In this document: positions 30,006 to 39,373 of the stretch, one piece after another | Layout of the letters: each line of letters begins with the position of its first letter | How positions within the stretch are numbered: the stretch's first letter is position 1 | Assembly (NCBI GenBank): GCA_020052415.1 | Contig: JAGVPB010000048.1 | Span: 114,437 to 178,436 of the forward strand | Reading direction: 5' to 3' | Source of the DNA: Bacteroidales bacterium | GTDB lineage: Bacteria > Bacteroidota > Bacteroidia > Bacteroidales > JAADJA01 | Length of the DNA stretch: 64,000 nucleotides | The notes under the pieces: model-generated | The model's database searches: none | Seen by the model: the letters and a program-made list of their open reading frames with translations, nothing else | Told to the model about the DNA's origin: nothing | Position numbers and translations under genes: made by a program

Positions 30006-31187
30006 TTATTCGATGATCACATTCCTGATTGCGCCGGTTTCAGGAAAGAATTGAACTGAGGATATTGTGGAAGGCAACGAAGTAACACTCCCGAACTGTG
30101 CTATTTGAAAAGTACCGTGCGCTTTCAGATCGCTGTTTATATCGAGGCTGACATTTGTCGTTACTGGTACTCTGTAGCAAAAACCCTGGTCTGCGGTCTT
30201 TTCCCTTTCCTTATTTATGGAAATCATTGCCGCAGGTAATCCGGACGATTCAATCTTTAGATAAATCTTTTCACCTCCTGCTGAATTGGGTTCTTTGATG
30301 CCGCTTCGCTCAGAAAAAACAAAAACAGGAATGTCAGGGTTTTCATTGCTCATTTCGGGTAAAATGGCAAAACTGTAATGCAGGGTCTTCTCTATGATTA
30401 TTCCTATGAAAAGTGAAAGGTACTCATCCTCCAGAATCTTAAGCTCCCTCGCCATATATCCCATGGTTCCCGCATCAAAAGCAACTTCATGATAGCCAGT
30501 AAGAAGATTAAAGCGGTTTTCGCGAATCTTGGTGACCATGTTGGCAGCTTCAACAGCTTTTTGCTCGGTGGTCTTTTCAACCCATTTGCGATCAAGGTAT
30601 TTTTTCACAATGGTGACGGTATCAACCACAACTTTACTGATGATGGTATCGGTTTTTTCAAACATATTCGTTTCTGCAGAATATTGGAACAAACCTGCAT
30701 AAGCATCCTGATCATCTGAAATTTTCGTAATATTCTCTTTTATGGTTGATTTAAGGATGTTCCCGTCAAGTCCTGAAACCAGTCCTGCTTCATTCAGCGT
30801 AAACAGCATTGCACTGCTTTCCTTAATGGTCTTGTCATCAAATTCTACAAAATAGTAATGTGCAGGATCAGGCCTTGAAATGGTGCTTAAGCCAACCTCA
30901 GTTATGGTATATTCACTGTAATCACTTGTCGAAACGTTTTCCAGATCGAGATATTTACCGGCATAATCTGCATAGGGCCCGGCAAAATATTCCTTCTTTT
31001 TGACCGTAATATCAACCTTGATGAGCGTTTGCGGAAGAGCATAATACATACCTTTTTTATCTGTCAGGTTAGCCCCTTCGGTAACGTGGAAGACTTTAAC
31101 CTGGGCAGAAACCGGGAAATACAACATCAGGATTAATACTATAAGAAATAATCCTTTGAACGATTGGTCAATTTTTATTTTCATCAT
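30006..31187 (-). CDS. DUF4831 family secreted protein
   Basis: Y.LP.T, GPYA.YA.KYL, Y.SLF.G, YRVP and IAQFG motifs; signal peptide. Confidence 0.8.
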   Translation of the reverse strand: MMKIKIDQSFKGLFLIVLILMLYFPVSAQVKVFHVTEGANLTDKKGMYYALPQTLIKVDITVKKKEYFAGPYADYAGKYLDLENVSTSDYSEYTITEVGLSTISRPDPAHYYFVEFDDKTIKESSAMLFTLNEAGLVSGLDGNILKSTIKENITKISDDQDAYAGLFQYSAETNMFEKTDTIISKVVVDTVTIVKKYLDRKWVEKTTEQKAVEAANMVTKIRENRFNLLTGYHEVAFDAGTMGYMARELKILEDEYLSLFIGIIIEKTLHYSFAILPEMSNENPDIPVFVFSERSGIKEPNSAGGEKIYLKIESSGLPAAMISINKEREKTADQGFCYRVPVTTNVSLDINSDLKAHGTFQIAQFGSVTSLPSTISSVQFFPETGAIRNVIIE

Positions 31188-31438
31188 TTCACCCTGTCAA
31201 AATGGTGATTCAAAAGTAGAATAATTTTTCAAACTGAATTCTGAGAAATTACTTAACCTGATTAATTTATAAAATTGCTCTGTAAGAAAGAGTAGAAATA
31301 TTTTTAATTGCCATATTTATTATTGAGTACTGACAAATTCATTTAATCCAAATTTCTGCTTTGAACAATACAATCCGGTTTATTGTTAAAGGAGCAATAA
31401 TTAATGATTTAAGTCTGAAACAATTAAAACTTTACACT

Positions 31439-31954
31439 ATGAAAAAACTACAATTTACAACAGTTCTCCTCCTGCTGATATGTGTCATAGCAGGCAACCA
31501 ACTTCATGCGCAAAAAAATGCTGACATGCTGAAAACAGAAATTCAGGGAATGAATGATAAATTGATTAAAGCTATGCATGAAAATGACATGGAAGTATAT
31601 AATAAATACTACAGTGAAAATGTCATTCACATGCCGAATTACGGACCTGTAATAAAGGGCAGAAAAATGGTGATGGACAAACAAAAGGAAGAAGAAAAGG
31701 CAGGTTTCAAAATACTTTCGATGGATCTTAAAACTGATGATGTTTTTCCTGATAAGCTATATGTGATCGAAACGGGGCATTATGCCATTACAATGACTAT
31801 TCCCAATATGCCAGAACCGATGAAGGACAAAGGCAAATATCTCACTGTGTGGGAAAGGCAAAAGGACGGCTCATTAAAGATTTTCATCGAGACATGGAAT
31901 ACCGATACCAATCCGATGGAGATGGAGATGAAGAAAGAAGCTGCCGGGCATTAA
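31439..31954 (+). CDS. SnoaL/NTF2-like (DUF4440/YybH) secreted protein
   Basis: Signal peptide; ETG.Y and DKGKYLTVWERQ.DGS.KI..E.WN motifs. Confidence 0.85.
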   Translation: MKKLQFTTVLLLLICVIAGNQLHAQKNADMLKTEIQGMNDKLIKAMHENDMEVYNKYYSENVIHMPNYGPVIKGRKMVMDKQKEEEKAGFKILSMDLKTDDVFPDKLYVIETGHYAITMTIPNMPEPMKDKGKYLTVWERQKDGSLKIFIETWNTDTNPMEMEMKKEAAGH

Positions 31955-32028
31955 TTGCAACAATAAGCCACAATTTAATATTGATAAATTTTCAGAGTAC
32001 GTAATACAGAATAAAGTATCTGAGTGAT

Positions 32029-32064
32029 AAAGCCTCCGCTTGAGACCGGGGGCTTTGTTTTTTT
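32029..32064 (+). terminator. Rho-independent terminator
   Basis: AAAGCCTCCG-loop-CGGGGGCTTT stem followed by a T run. Confidence 0.7.
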
Positions 32065-32247
32065 AATGCAATTTGAAAAGCTAAGAAAGATGAAGCCAAT
32101 GAAAATCAAAAGCAAAAAATCAAAGTAAAAAGTTAAAAGTAGCATTGGATTAGACGGAAGTTTTATTCTACTCTGTTAGGCGCATGTGTTCAAGCACGGC
32201 CTTACGGGAAGCTTCAAGATAATTATGGTGGAGGTGAATGGAGGAAA

Positions 32248-32276
32248 ATGTTAGATTTTAGACGGTAGATGTTAGA
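32248..32276. repeat. Left arm of a 29-bp heptamer-built inverted repeat
   Basis: ATGTTAGATTTTAGACGGTAGATGTTAGA; its reverse complement matches 34245-34273 at 26/29. Confidence 0.8.
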
Positions 32277-32401
32277 CTGAAAGAATCAAGCAACCGGAAG
32301 CCAATTAAGTTTCCCGAAATACAATTTTAGTTCTCAGAAAACATTTTGTATTTTTACAACGACAAACCTTTAGTTATGATGTTCTGAAAAAAATCCTACA
32401 A

Positions 32402-34156
32402 ATGAAAAAAATCTTATATTTTTTTTGGATATTTCTGATATCAAATTTAGTAATTGGTTCTCCATATATTTCACTACGAATCGGAAGAACCTTTGACCCT
32501 GTTCCGGGAATTATTCAAGTACCCATTACATGTGGTTATATTATTAATCCGATTGACCATTTGGTATCAAGCTGGAACTGGTATATTGCTTACCATTCCA
32601 ATGTATTATATGCCGGTGAAGTGGGAAGCAGTGCAACCCTTGTGAATTATCATCCTGAATTTCCAGAGGAGAATTATTCTACATTAATTATTGCAGATAA
32701 CCCCTTACCGGGCTGGAATACCATTTTAATTTCCTTTAGTACTTCAAATCCCGGAGAAATTAATGCTAATGAAAAATTTTTTGATATCGAATTCTATTAT
32801 ACTCCCGGATTTACTGAAATTCCAAATGTAAACTGGACATCATTAAATGGTAACGAAAGCAATATGGTTGATGGCGCAGGAAATTCTTTTATTCTTCATT
32901 TGTCTGATGGTTATGCTGGCCCGCATAATATATTGCCTTTACAACCAACAGCAACTTTAAAGATTGGTTTTATAAATGAAGCAATCCCGGGATATATCCT
33001 TGTCCCGGTCACACTTGAAGCGGTAAATAATTCATTGATTTTTTGGAACTCTATTTCATCTTTTGGCTGGTATATTGCTTACGACACGGAGGTTTTATAT
33101 GCCGGGGATCCCTCATCACCAGCAACTTTACTCAATTTTCATCCCAGTTTCCCGCCATCTAATTATTTGACCAATATTATTGCTGATAATCCACTACCAG
33201 GCTGGAATACGGTGGCAATTATTTGTTCACCTTGCCTTAATGAAGTATTTCCGGGAATAAAGTTCTTCGATATTCAGTTTAACTATAATGAGGTATTTAC
33301 AGCTTACCCAAATATTAAATGGACTTCTTCCCCACAAGGTTTCGAAACCAATTTGGCGGATGATGAGGGTAATGAATTCTTTTTAACATTAATTGATGGA
33401 TATGCAGGTCCGTTCATCGAATTGCCAACTCCTGCAGCCGCATTGAAGATTGGTACCATTTATGATCCGCAACCGGGTAGTCTGCAGGTTCCGGTTACAT
33501 GTGAAGCATTTGAAAATTCGCTTACAGGAAATAATATCATTACAACTCTCAACTGGCAGATTGCTTATGATACCCATGTTTTATATGCCGGGGAACCGGG
33601 TTCTTCTGCTATTTTAACCAATTTCAATCCTTCATTTTCCGGATCTTGCTTTTATTCCATTATTCGTGAAAACGAGCCTTTCCCCGATTGGAATACAATA
33701 AATATTTTAAAACCATGCGGGTGTCAGGGTACAATTAATCAGGGAGAAAAATTCTTTGATATCTCGTTTACCTATAATGAAGGTTTGACCGAAGAACCAA
33801 ATATCCTGTGGACAGGATATTCAGAAAGCTTTAAAGATTATGAAACATTTATGAGAGATGGAAATGGTAATGAATTTGAATTAACCTTTATGGATGGCTA
33901 TGTTGGGCCATATCCATTTTCTTTAAACGAAGTGGAAGTTGACCCTATTAAGGTCTGGCAATATGATAGGAAAATATTTATTGAAACTGAATGGAAGGGT
34001 GAGATGGCTCTTTTTACTTTAACCGGACAACTGTTAGTTTCGACAACCTTACAAAAGGGGCTAAATGTCATACCGGCCGACTTTGATAATTCAATTTACT
34101 TCCTTCGAATAGTCACCAAACATTTGGTATCTAATCAAAAAATCTATATCCCATGA
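32402..34156 (+). CDS. Secreted protein with three tandem ~165-aa cohesin-like repeats and a T9SS-like C-terminal domain
   Basis: Three units of L.IG.....PG...VP.T...W.IAY...VLYAG..S.A.L.N..P.F...GWNT...KFFDI.F.Y...G.N.F.L...DGY.GP; C-terminal FTLTGQ...IYFLRI...KI. Confidence 0.7.
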   Translation: MKKILYFFWIFLISNLVIGSPYISLRIGRTFDPVPGIIQVPITCGYIINPIDHLVSSWNWYIAYHSNVLYAGEVGSSATLVNYHPEFPEENYSTLIIADNPLPGWNTILISFSTSNPGEINANEKFFDIEFYYTPGFTEIPNVNWTSLNGNESNMVDGAGNSFILHLSDGYAGPHNILPLQPTATLKIGFINEAIPGYILVPVTLEAVNNSLIFWNSISSFGWYIAYDTEVLYAGDPSSPATLLNFHPSFPPSNYLTNIIADNPLPGWNTVAIICSPCLNEVFPGIKFFDIQFNYNEVFTAYPNIKWTSSPQGFETNLADDEGNEFFLTLIDGYAGPFIELPTPAAALKIGTIYDPQPGSLQVPVTCEAFENSLTGNNIITTLNWQIAYDTHVLYAGEPGSSAILTNFNPSFSGSCFYSIIRENEPFPDWNTINILKPCGCQGTINQGEKFFDISFTYNEGLTEEPNILWTGYSESFKDYETFMRDGNGNEFELTFMDGYVGPYPFSLNEVEVDPIKVWQYDRKIFIETEWKGEMALFTLTGQLLVSTTLQKGLNVIPADFDNSIYFLRIVTKHLVSNQKIYIP

Positions 34157-34226
34157 AAAAGCCGGGAATATACTTCATCAGCAGGCACAAGTATTCAATC
34201 ATAGCCATCCGGGTAATCTTTACTTG

Positions 34227-34414
34227 TGCCGGTGAACCGGCAAATCTAAAATCTAACGTCTAAAATCTAATATCTGAAATCCCTGCTCCATGCTTTTTGA
34301 ATAACGAATGAAGAACAATTGAATGAAGAATAACGAATTATCGGGGAACGGTCGTCAACACGGAACTCAGAATACAGAACCCTCTTCATGCCCCATGCTC
34401 CCCGCTCCATGCAT
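34227..34414. repeat. Mosaic of a palindrome and several heptamer families, including the right inverted-repeat arm (34245-34273)
   Basis: TGCCGG-TGAA-CCGGCA, then TCTAAAA/TCTAACG, CCATGCT, GAATAAC/GAATGAA and CAGAAYW units. Confidence 0.8.
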
Positions 34415-34416
34415 CC

Positions 34417-36465
34417 TCATAGAAACGAGTAATTCTTCGAATAATACAGCATCTGCTCGGTATAGTCCTCCGGGTATTCAATCTTAATATCCGTGATCTC
34501 GCCGTTTTGTTCGGTGACTTTAAACACCGGATTGATAAATCCGCCGTAAGGAGCAATGTTCAGCTTTACAAACCTGTCCTTTACTTCCTTGTGCAGAACC
34601 GGGTCAACAACAACTCCATAGGATTCAACCAGGTTCTTACCGGCTTCATAATCGCCCTCCGACTTTATGCGCTGGACTTCGGCGAGCAATTGCCCGAATA
34701 AACCTCTTAGCTTTTTATAATCATTGATCTTGTAAAAAGTTTCTCCTTCCCTCATCACCTTTTCGATCACGTTTTCGGCTTGTCCTTTTTCGAAGCACCA
34801 TTTGGCAATCAGTTGCCGGTTGCGCATGTGCGCTTGCTCGATATTTTTGCCCGTTTCGATCCTTGTAAGCTGGGTCATACAGCCATTCCTGATATAGGCA
34901 TTGTATTCGGCTTTGGCTGTATTTGTATCCAGTACAATTCCCAGCTCGATCATTTTCGGATCGGCAAGGTAATAAAGGGCAAAAAGGTCGGCACGGGCTT
35001 CTTCCAGAGAGGAAGAATAATTCTTAAGCGCTTCGGAACTGGTTCCGGGAAGCAATTGTCCCGAACCATGACCCAGACATTCATGAAGGTCGGTGTGAAG
35101 GTTACTTGCAAGCGATCCGTATTTCTTTGATAGTTCAATCTCTTCCGGTGAATAACAGAATTCTTCCAGGAAACCGTTCCCAAGGGCAGCCTGATCGTAG
35201 GCGTAGGTAATGTTTTCCATTGTCACCGACTTTGAACCATGTTCTTTTCTGATCCAATCTGCATTGGGAAGATTGATCCCGATTGGAGTGGATGGATAAC
35301 AATCCCCGCCAAGCTGAGCGACAGTGATCACTTTGGCCGAAACGCCCTTTACCTCTGTCTTTTTGAACCTCGGATCAACCGGTGAATTGTCTTCGAACCA
35401 CTGAGCGTTCGCGCTGATGATCTCAGCCCGTTTGGTAGCTTCCATATCCTTAAAATTCACGACCGACTCCCATGTCGCTTTCATTCCGAGCGGATCGCCG
35501 TAAACCTCTGTAAATCCGTTTACAAAATCTACCATTGACTTGTCGGTCACCCACAGCACATTATATTCATCATAAATATTCAGGTCACCTGTTTTGTAGA
35601 ATCCGATCAGTTTTTCAATGACCTGTTTTTGCTGATCATTTTCGGCAACAGCCGAAGCTTTTTCGAGCCAGTAAACTATCTTTTCCAAAGCAGCAGAGTA
35701 CAACCCTCGCACTTTATAAACTTCTTCCTGAACGGCTCCATTCTTCTTCACAAGCTTTGAGTTAAGCCCGTACGATATCGGTGTGGTGTCGTTCGGATTC
35801 TTCATTTTATTATAGAATTCTTCGGCTTCTTTTTGGGTGACTCCTTCATAGAAGTTACAGGCCGATGCTTTGATCATATCCTTTGAAGAATCTAGACTGA
35901 TGCGCTTTGGGGCAATTTCCGGATCGAAAAGTAAAGCAGTCATCTCCGGAACAAGGTCGCTGATGGTTTGGCCTTTATCCAGCGGGAAACTCCCTCCCTG
36001 GCTCTCACTGATAAGTTCATTCAAGTATTCAGGTGAAAAACCCGGAGTAAACTTATCAGTAGAATAGTGATGATGGATCCCATTCGAAAACCAAACCCGT
36101 TTGAGGTAAACAACGAATTCCTTAAAATCATTGGTTTGTCTGTCACCTTCATAATTTTTATAAATTTCCTCGAGGGTCCTTCTGATCTTAAGATTATTCT
36201 TGTAATTCTGGTCGAAAAGAATGTCTCGACCGCACAAAGCAGCTTCACTCAGGTAATAAACCAGTTTTTTTTGCTGAAGGGTAAGTTCATCAAAACCAGG
36301 TACCTGGTATCGCATGATTTTCAGGTCGGCAAACTGTTCAAGAAGATATTTAAATTCCTGCGGTTTTTCCATTTCATTTTGAATCGGGGTAGTTTTTGTA
36401 CCCTGGTTACAGGCCGTAAATAAAGCAGTCATAATAACAATTGTTGATAAAATCTGTTTTTTCAT
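34417..36465 (-). CDS. Dipeptidyl peptidase III (peptidase M49), lipoprotein
   Basis: HECLGH hexapeptide zinc motif, EEARAD and GINLPN motifs; lipobox FTAC. Confidence 0.94.
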   Translation of the reverse strand: MKKQILSTIVIMTALFTACNQGTKTTPIQNEMEKPQEFKYLLEQFADLKIMRYQVPGFDELTLQQKKLVYYLSEAALCGRDILFDQNYKNNLKIRRTLEEIYKNYEGDRQTNDFKEFVVYLKRVWFSNGIHHHYSTDKFTPGFSPEYLNELISESQGGSFPLDKGQTISDLVPEMTALLFDPEIAPKRISLDSSKDMIKASACNFYEGVTQKEAEEFYNKMKNPNDTTPISYGLNSKLVKKNGAVQEEVYKVRGLYSAALEKIVYWLEKASAVAENDQQKQVIEKLIGFYKTGDLNIYDEYNVLWVTDKSMVDFVNGFTEVYGDPLGMKATWESVVNFKDMEATKRAEIISANAQWFEDNSPVDPRFKKTEVKGVSAKVITVAQLGGDCYPSTPIGINLPNADWIRKEHGSKSVTMENITYAYDQAALGNGFLEEFCYSPEEIELSKKYGSLASNLHTDLHECLGHGSGQLLPGTSSEALKNYSSSLEEARADLFALYYLADPKMIELGIVLDTNTAKAEYNAYIRNGCMTQLTRIETGKNIEQAHMRNRQLIAKWCFEKGQAENVIEKVMREGETFYKINDYKKLRGLFGQLLAEVQRIKSEGDYEAGKNLVESYGVVVDPVLHKEVKDRFVKLNIAPYGGFINPVFKVTEQNGEITDIKIEYPEDYTEQMLYYSKNYSFL

Positions 36466-37211
36466 TTAAGTATATTTTTAAAATAATTGTTTTCCATTAC
36501 AGGCACCACTTTCGTTGAATTGAGCACTACGGAGTAATCCAAATCCTCCTGGGCACCTAATTTTACTAAACGCTGATAATGCGATCCTTTTTTCAGGTAT
36601 GACGCAAGGTTTCCTCTGGCCATTCTCCAGAATTCCTGAGCAGCTGATGCAGAATCATGCAAGGAGTATGAGCTTTCTTTTAAAATCAGGTATTCTGTAA
36701 GAGCGCCAGCAAAAATTGAGTCTTCAAGACTGAAGGTTTCTCTCCATCCGGCACACAGGATCATGATATTTTTTTTTTGGACGATAAGCCATTCGGCAAC
36801 GTACTGAAGGTTTGTAAACGCACCAATTACAACCTGACCATTGCCCTGGGCTATTTCAATAGCCCGTGTTCCGTTGGTGGTTGTGATCACAAGAGTTTTT
36901 CCTTTAATATCATGCCTTAAAATTTCCAATGGTGAATTCCCGAAATCCGCAATTTCAAGTTTAATACCATCACGTTCACCGGTTATCAGATACCCTTTTT
37001 TTTCTTTATACCACAAAGCCTTTTCAATGGATGAAACCGGAATTATTTTATCCGCCCCTTCCTGAAATGCAGCACAAATAGTAGTTCCTGCCCTGAGAAT
37101 ATCTACCACCACCACAATACTATTTCCTCTGATTTGCCTGGTTGAAAATAATGACGGAGCAAATATCACCTCTATTCCAAGATATGTAGAAGACATCCTT
37201 TGGCCATTCAC
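36462..37211 (-). CDS. comB: 2-phosphosulfolactate phosphatase family
   Basis: VVDILRA.TTI, GERDG, GNSP, TTTNGT and CAGW....SLED motifs. Confidence 0.92.
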   Translation of the reverse strand: MNGQRMSSTYLGIEVIFAPSLFSTRQIRGNSIVVVVDILRAGTTICAAFQEGADKIIPVSSIEKALWYKEKKGYLITGERDGIKLEIADFGNSPLEILRHDIKGKTLVITTTNGTRAIEIAQGNGQVVIGAFTNLQYVAEWLIVQKKNIMILCAGWRETFSLEDSIFAGALTEYLILKESSYSLHDSASAAQEFWRMARGNLASYLKKGSHYQRLVKLGAQEDLDYSVVLNSTKVVPVMENNYFKNILK

Positions 37212-37251
37212 AATTCTTATGTTGAAATATTCAGACTTATTGATTTTCTTG

Positions 37252-38136
37252 TTATTCTCTCATAAATTTATGAGTTGTAATCCCTGTTTCGTTCCTGACA
37301 ATAATAAAAAACAATCCCTTGTTCAGGTCAGAAATATCGAGTTTAATACAATTATCAGTATTGTCAACTTTTTTAAGCGGAATAGAACGTCCATCTGTGC
37401 CAAACAAATTAACAATGTCCCCTTGCTTTACATTGCAAAGTACAAGGAAATTTTTTGAAGGATTAGGATACAGTAGTGAACCACCACTATTAATTTTTTC
37501 ATCCATGCCAACAGAAAATATTTCGACAATAAAATAAATCTCATTAGTAATATCAATGTCGTTCCATTCTCCTGCGATACCAAGATTAGTTGTGCCGTAT
37601 GGCCAGCCTGTCAGAGCTATAGCAGCGGCATCCTGTTCGCTGTAATTATCCGGTTCCATTATCAATCCCTCCGACTTTCCACCCCAGTTTATAAAACTGT
37701 TTTCAACTGCACTTCCTGTTCCGGCGCCTGCTGCTCCTTCACCAATCCAAAAATTTGTACCGGTATTGTTATTGTCACCATCCCAAAGCCACGTACCCTC
37801 TTCATTCTTATCAGTTGCCCCGATCCAGATGTAGGAAGTTCCCCCGCCATCCGGCACAGGACTGTATGTTGGGGAAATTCCGGATGACAAAATTGCATTG
37901 TAAATTGCATCCTGTTCTTCCTGGGTTTCAATCTCTACCAGAAAACCGTTAAGCTCCTGGGCACACAGAGCGGCCTCTTCCCATGCCATTTCTATCTGTA
38001 CAATACCATAATTCTGATCGCCCAGACTAAAAATATATATATCATCCGGAGTGGCACACTGAGCATTGATTTTAGCCGGTTCAATCATTATTATTGAAAT
38101 CAGGAGCAATAATAACGGTGTAATTAGTCGTTTCAT
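37252..38136 (-). CDS. C-type lectin domain protein with a T9SS C-terminal domain
   Basis: W.EA...A...G.LV.IET.EEQ, WIGATD..EG.W.W, NW...EPDN and WND motifs; YPNP...G.FFI.......KF. Confidence 0.85.
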   Translation of the reverse strand: MKRLITPLLLLLISIIMIEPAKINAQCATPDDIYIFSLGDQNYGIVQIEMAWEEAALCAQELNGFLVEIETQEEQDAIYNAILSSGISPTYSPVPDGGGTSYIWIGATDKNEEGTWLWDGDNNNTGTNFWIGEGAAGAGTGSAVENSFINWGGKSEGLIMEPDNYSEQDAAAIALTGWPYGTTNLGIAGEWNDIDITNEIYFIVEIFSVGMDEKINSGGSLLYPNPSKNFLVLCNVKQGDIVNLFGTDGRSIPLKKVDNTDNCIKLDISDLNKGLFFIIVRNETGITTHKFMRE

Positions 38137-38149
38137 AACAATTTTCTTT

Positions 38150-39253
38150 TTAACCCTTATAAAACGGAATTTTAACAATTTTTGCCTTTAACAACTTACC
38201 CCGAATCCGAATATAGATTTCTGTATCAGGTTTAGAAAATTCCTCCTTAACATACCCCATTCCGATATTCTTGTTCAATGAAGGTGCCATAGTCCCTGAA
38301 GTCACTTCGCCAATGATATTACCGGATGCATCGCAAATTTCATAATGCTGGCGGGGAATTCCCCTGTCAATCATTTCAAAGCCCTTCAATCGCTTTGAAA
38401 CACCTTCATTCTTTTGTTTCAGAAGAACAGCTTTATCAATAAAATCCTTTTTATCTGTAAATTTCGTGATCCAGCCTAAGCCGGCTTCGATTGGAGAAGT
38501 AGTGTTGTTGATGTCGTTACCATAAAGGCAGAATCCCATTTCGAGCCGGAGCGTATCTCTTGCAGCCAGACCGATTGGTTTGATCCCGAACTCCTCCCCT
38601 GCTTTAAATACGGCATTCCAGAGCTCTGCGGCTTTATCATTGGGAACATATATTTCGCATCCGCCCGAACCAGTATAGCCTGTAGTTGAAAGGAGGACAT
38701 CTTTAATTCCGGCAAACGTCAGCGTTTTGAAAGTATAATATTCCATATTTTCGATAGGCTCTTCAGAAAGTTTCTGCATTGCCGTCAATGCTTTCGGACC
38801 CTGAATGGCAAGCTGGGCAGTATTTTCCGAATCGTTAATCAGATCAATTCCTTCTTTCAGGCCGAATTCTTTTCCTTTAGTAACAAGCCAGTTCCAATCC
38901 TTATCTATGTTGGCGGCATTGATCACAAGCAGGAATAATTCCGGATTCATTCTGTAAACCAAAAGATCGTCAACAATCCCACCCCTGCCATTAGGGAAAC
39001 AGGAGTACTGTACTTTGCCATTATATAAAACTGCGGCATCATTGGTTGTAACCCATTGAATAAACGGGAGCGCTTTAGGCCCTTTCACCCAAACTTCACC
39101 CATGTGACTCACATCGAAAACGCCGACTCCGCTCCGAACAGTTAAATGTTCTTTGATAAGCCCTTCATATTGTATAGGCATGTAATAACCTGCAAATTCA
39201 ACCATCTTAGCTCCAAGAGCTTCATGAAAATTTGTAAATGCTGTATGTTTCAT
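38150..39253 (-). CDS. gcvT: Glycine cleavage system aminomethyltransferase T
   Basis: [22 protein letters not shown] and [10 protein letters not shown] motifs. Confidence 0.97.
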   Translation of the reverse strand: MKHTAFTNFHEALGAKMVEFAGYYMPIQYEGLIKEHLTVRSGVGVFDVSHMGEVWVKGPKALPFIQWVTTNDAAVLYNGKVQYSCFPNGRGGIVDDLLVYRMNPELFLLVINAANIDKDWNWLVTKGKEFGLKEGIDLINDSENTAQLAIQGPKALTAMQKLSEEPIENMEYYTFKTLTFAGIKDVLLSTTGYTGSGGCEIYVPNDKAAELWNAVFKAGEEFGIKPIGLAARDTLRLEMGFCLYGNDINNTTSPIEAGLGWITKFTDKKDFIDKAVLLKQKNEGVSKRLKGFEMIDRGIPRQHYEICDASGNIIGEVTSGTMAPSLNKNIGMGYVKEEFSKPDTEIYIRIRGKLLKAKIVKIPFYKG

Positions 39254-39373
39254 TGTTTCAAGGTAATAAAATATAATAACATGTTAATGCGGCAAATGTA
39301 TAAAAAACCAATATGAAGAAGCCAAATATTATTCTGAAATTAATGCTAATTTTGGCGGATAATACAGGCACCA

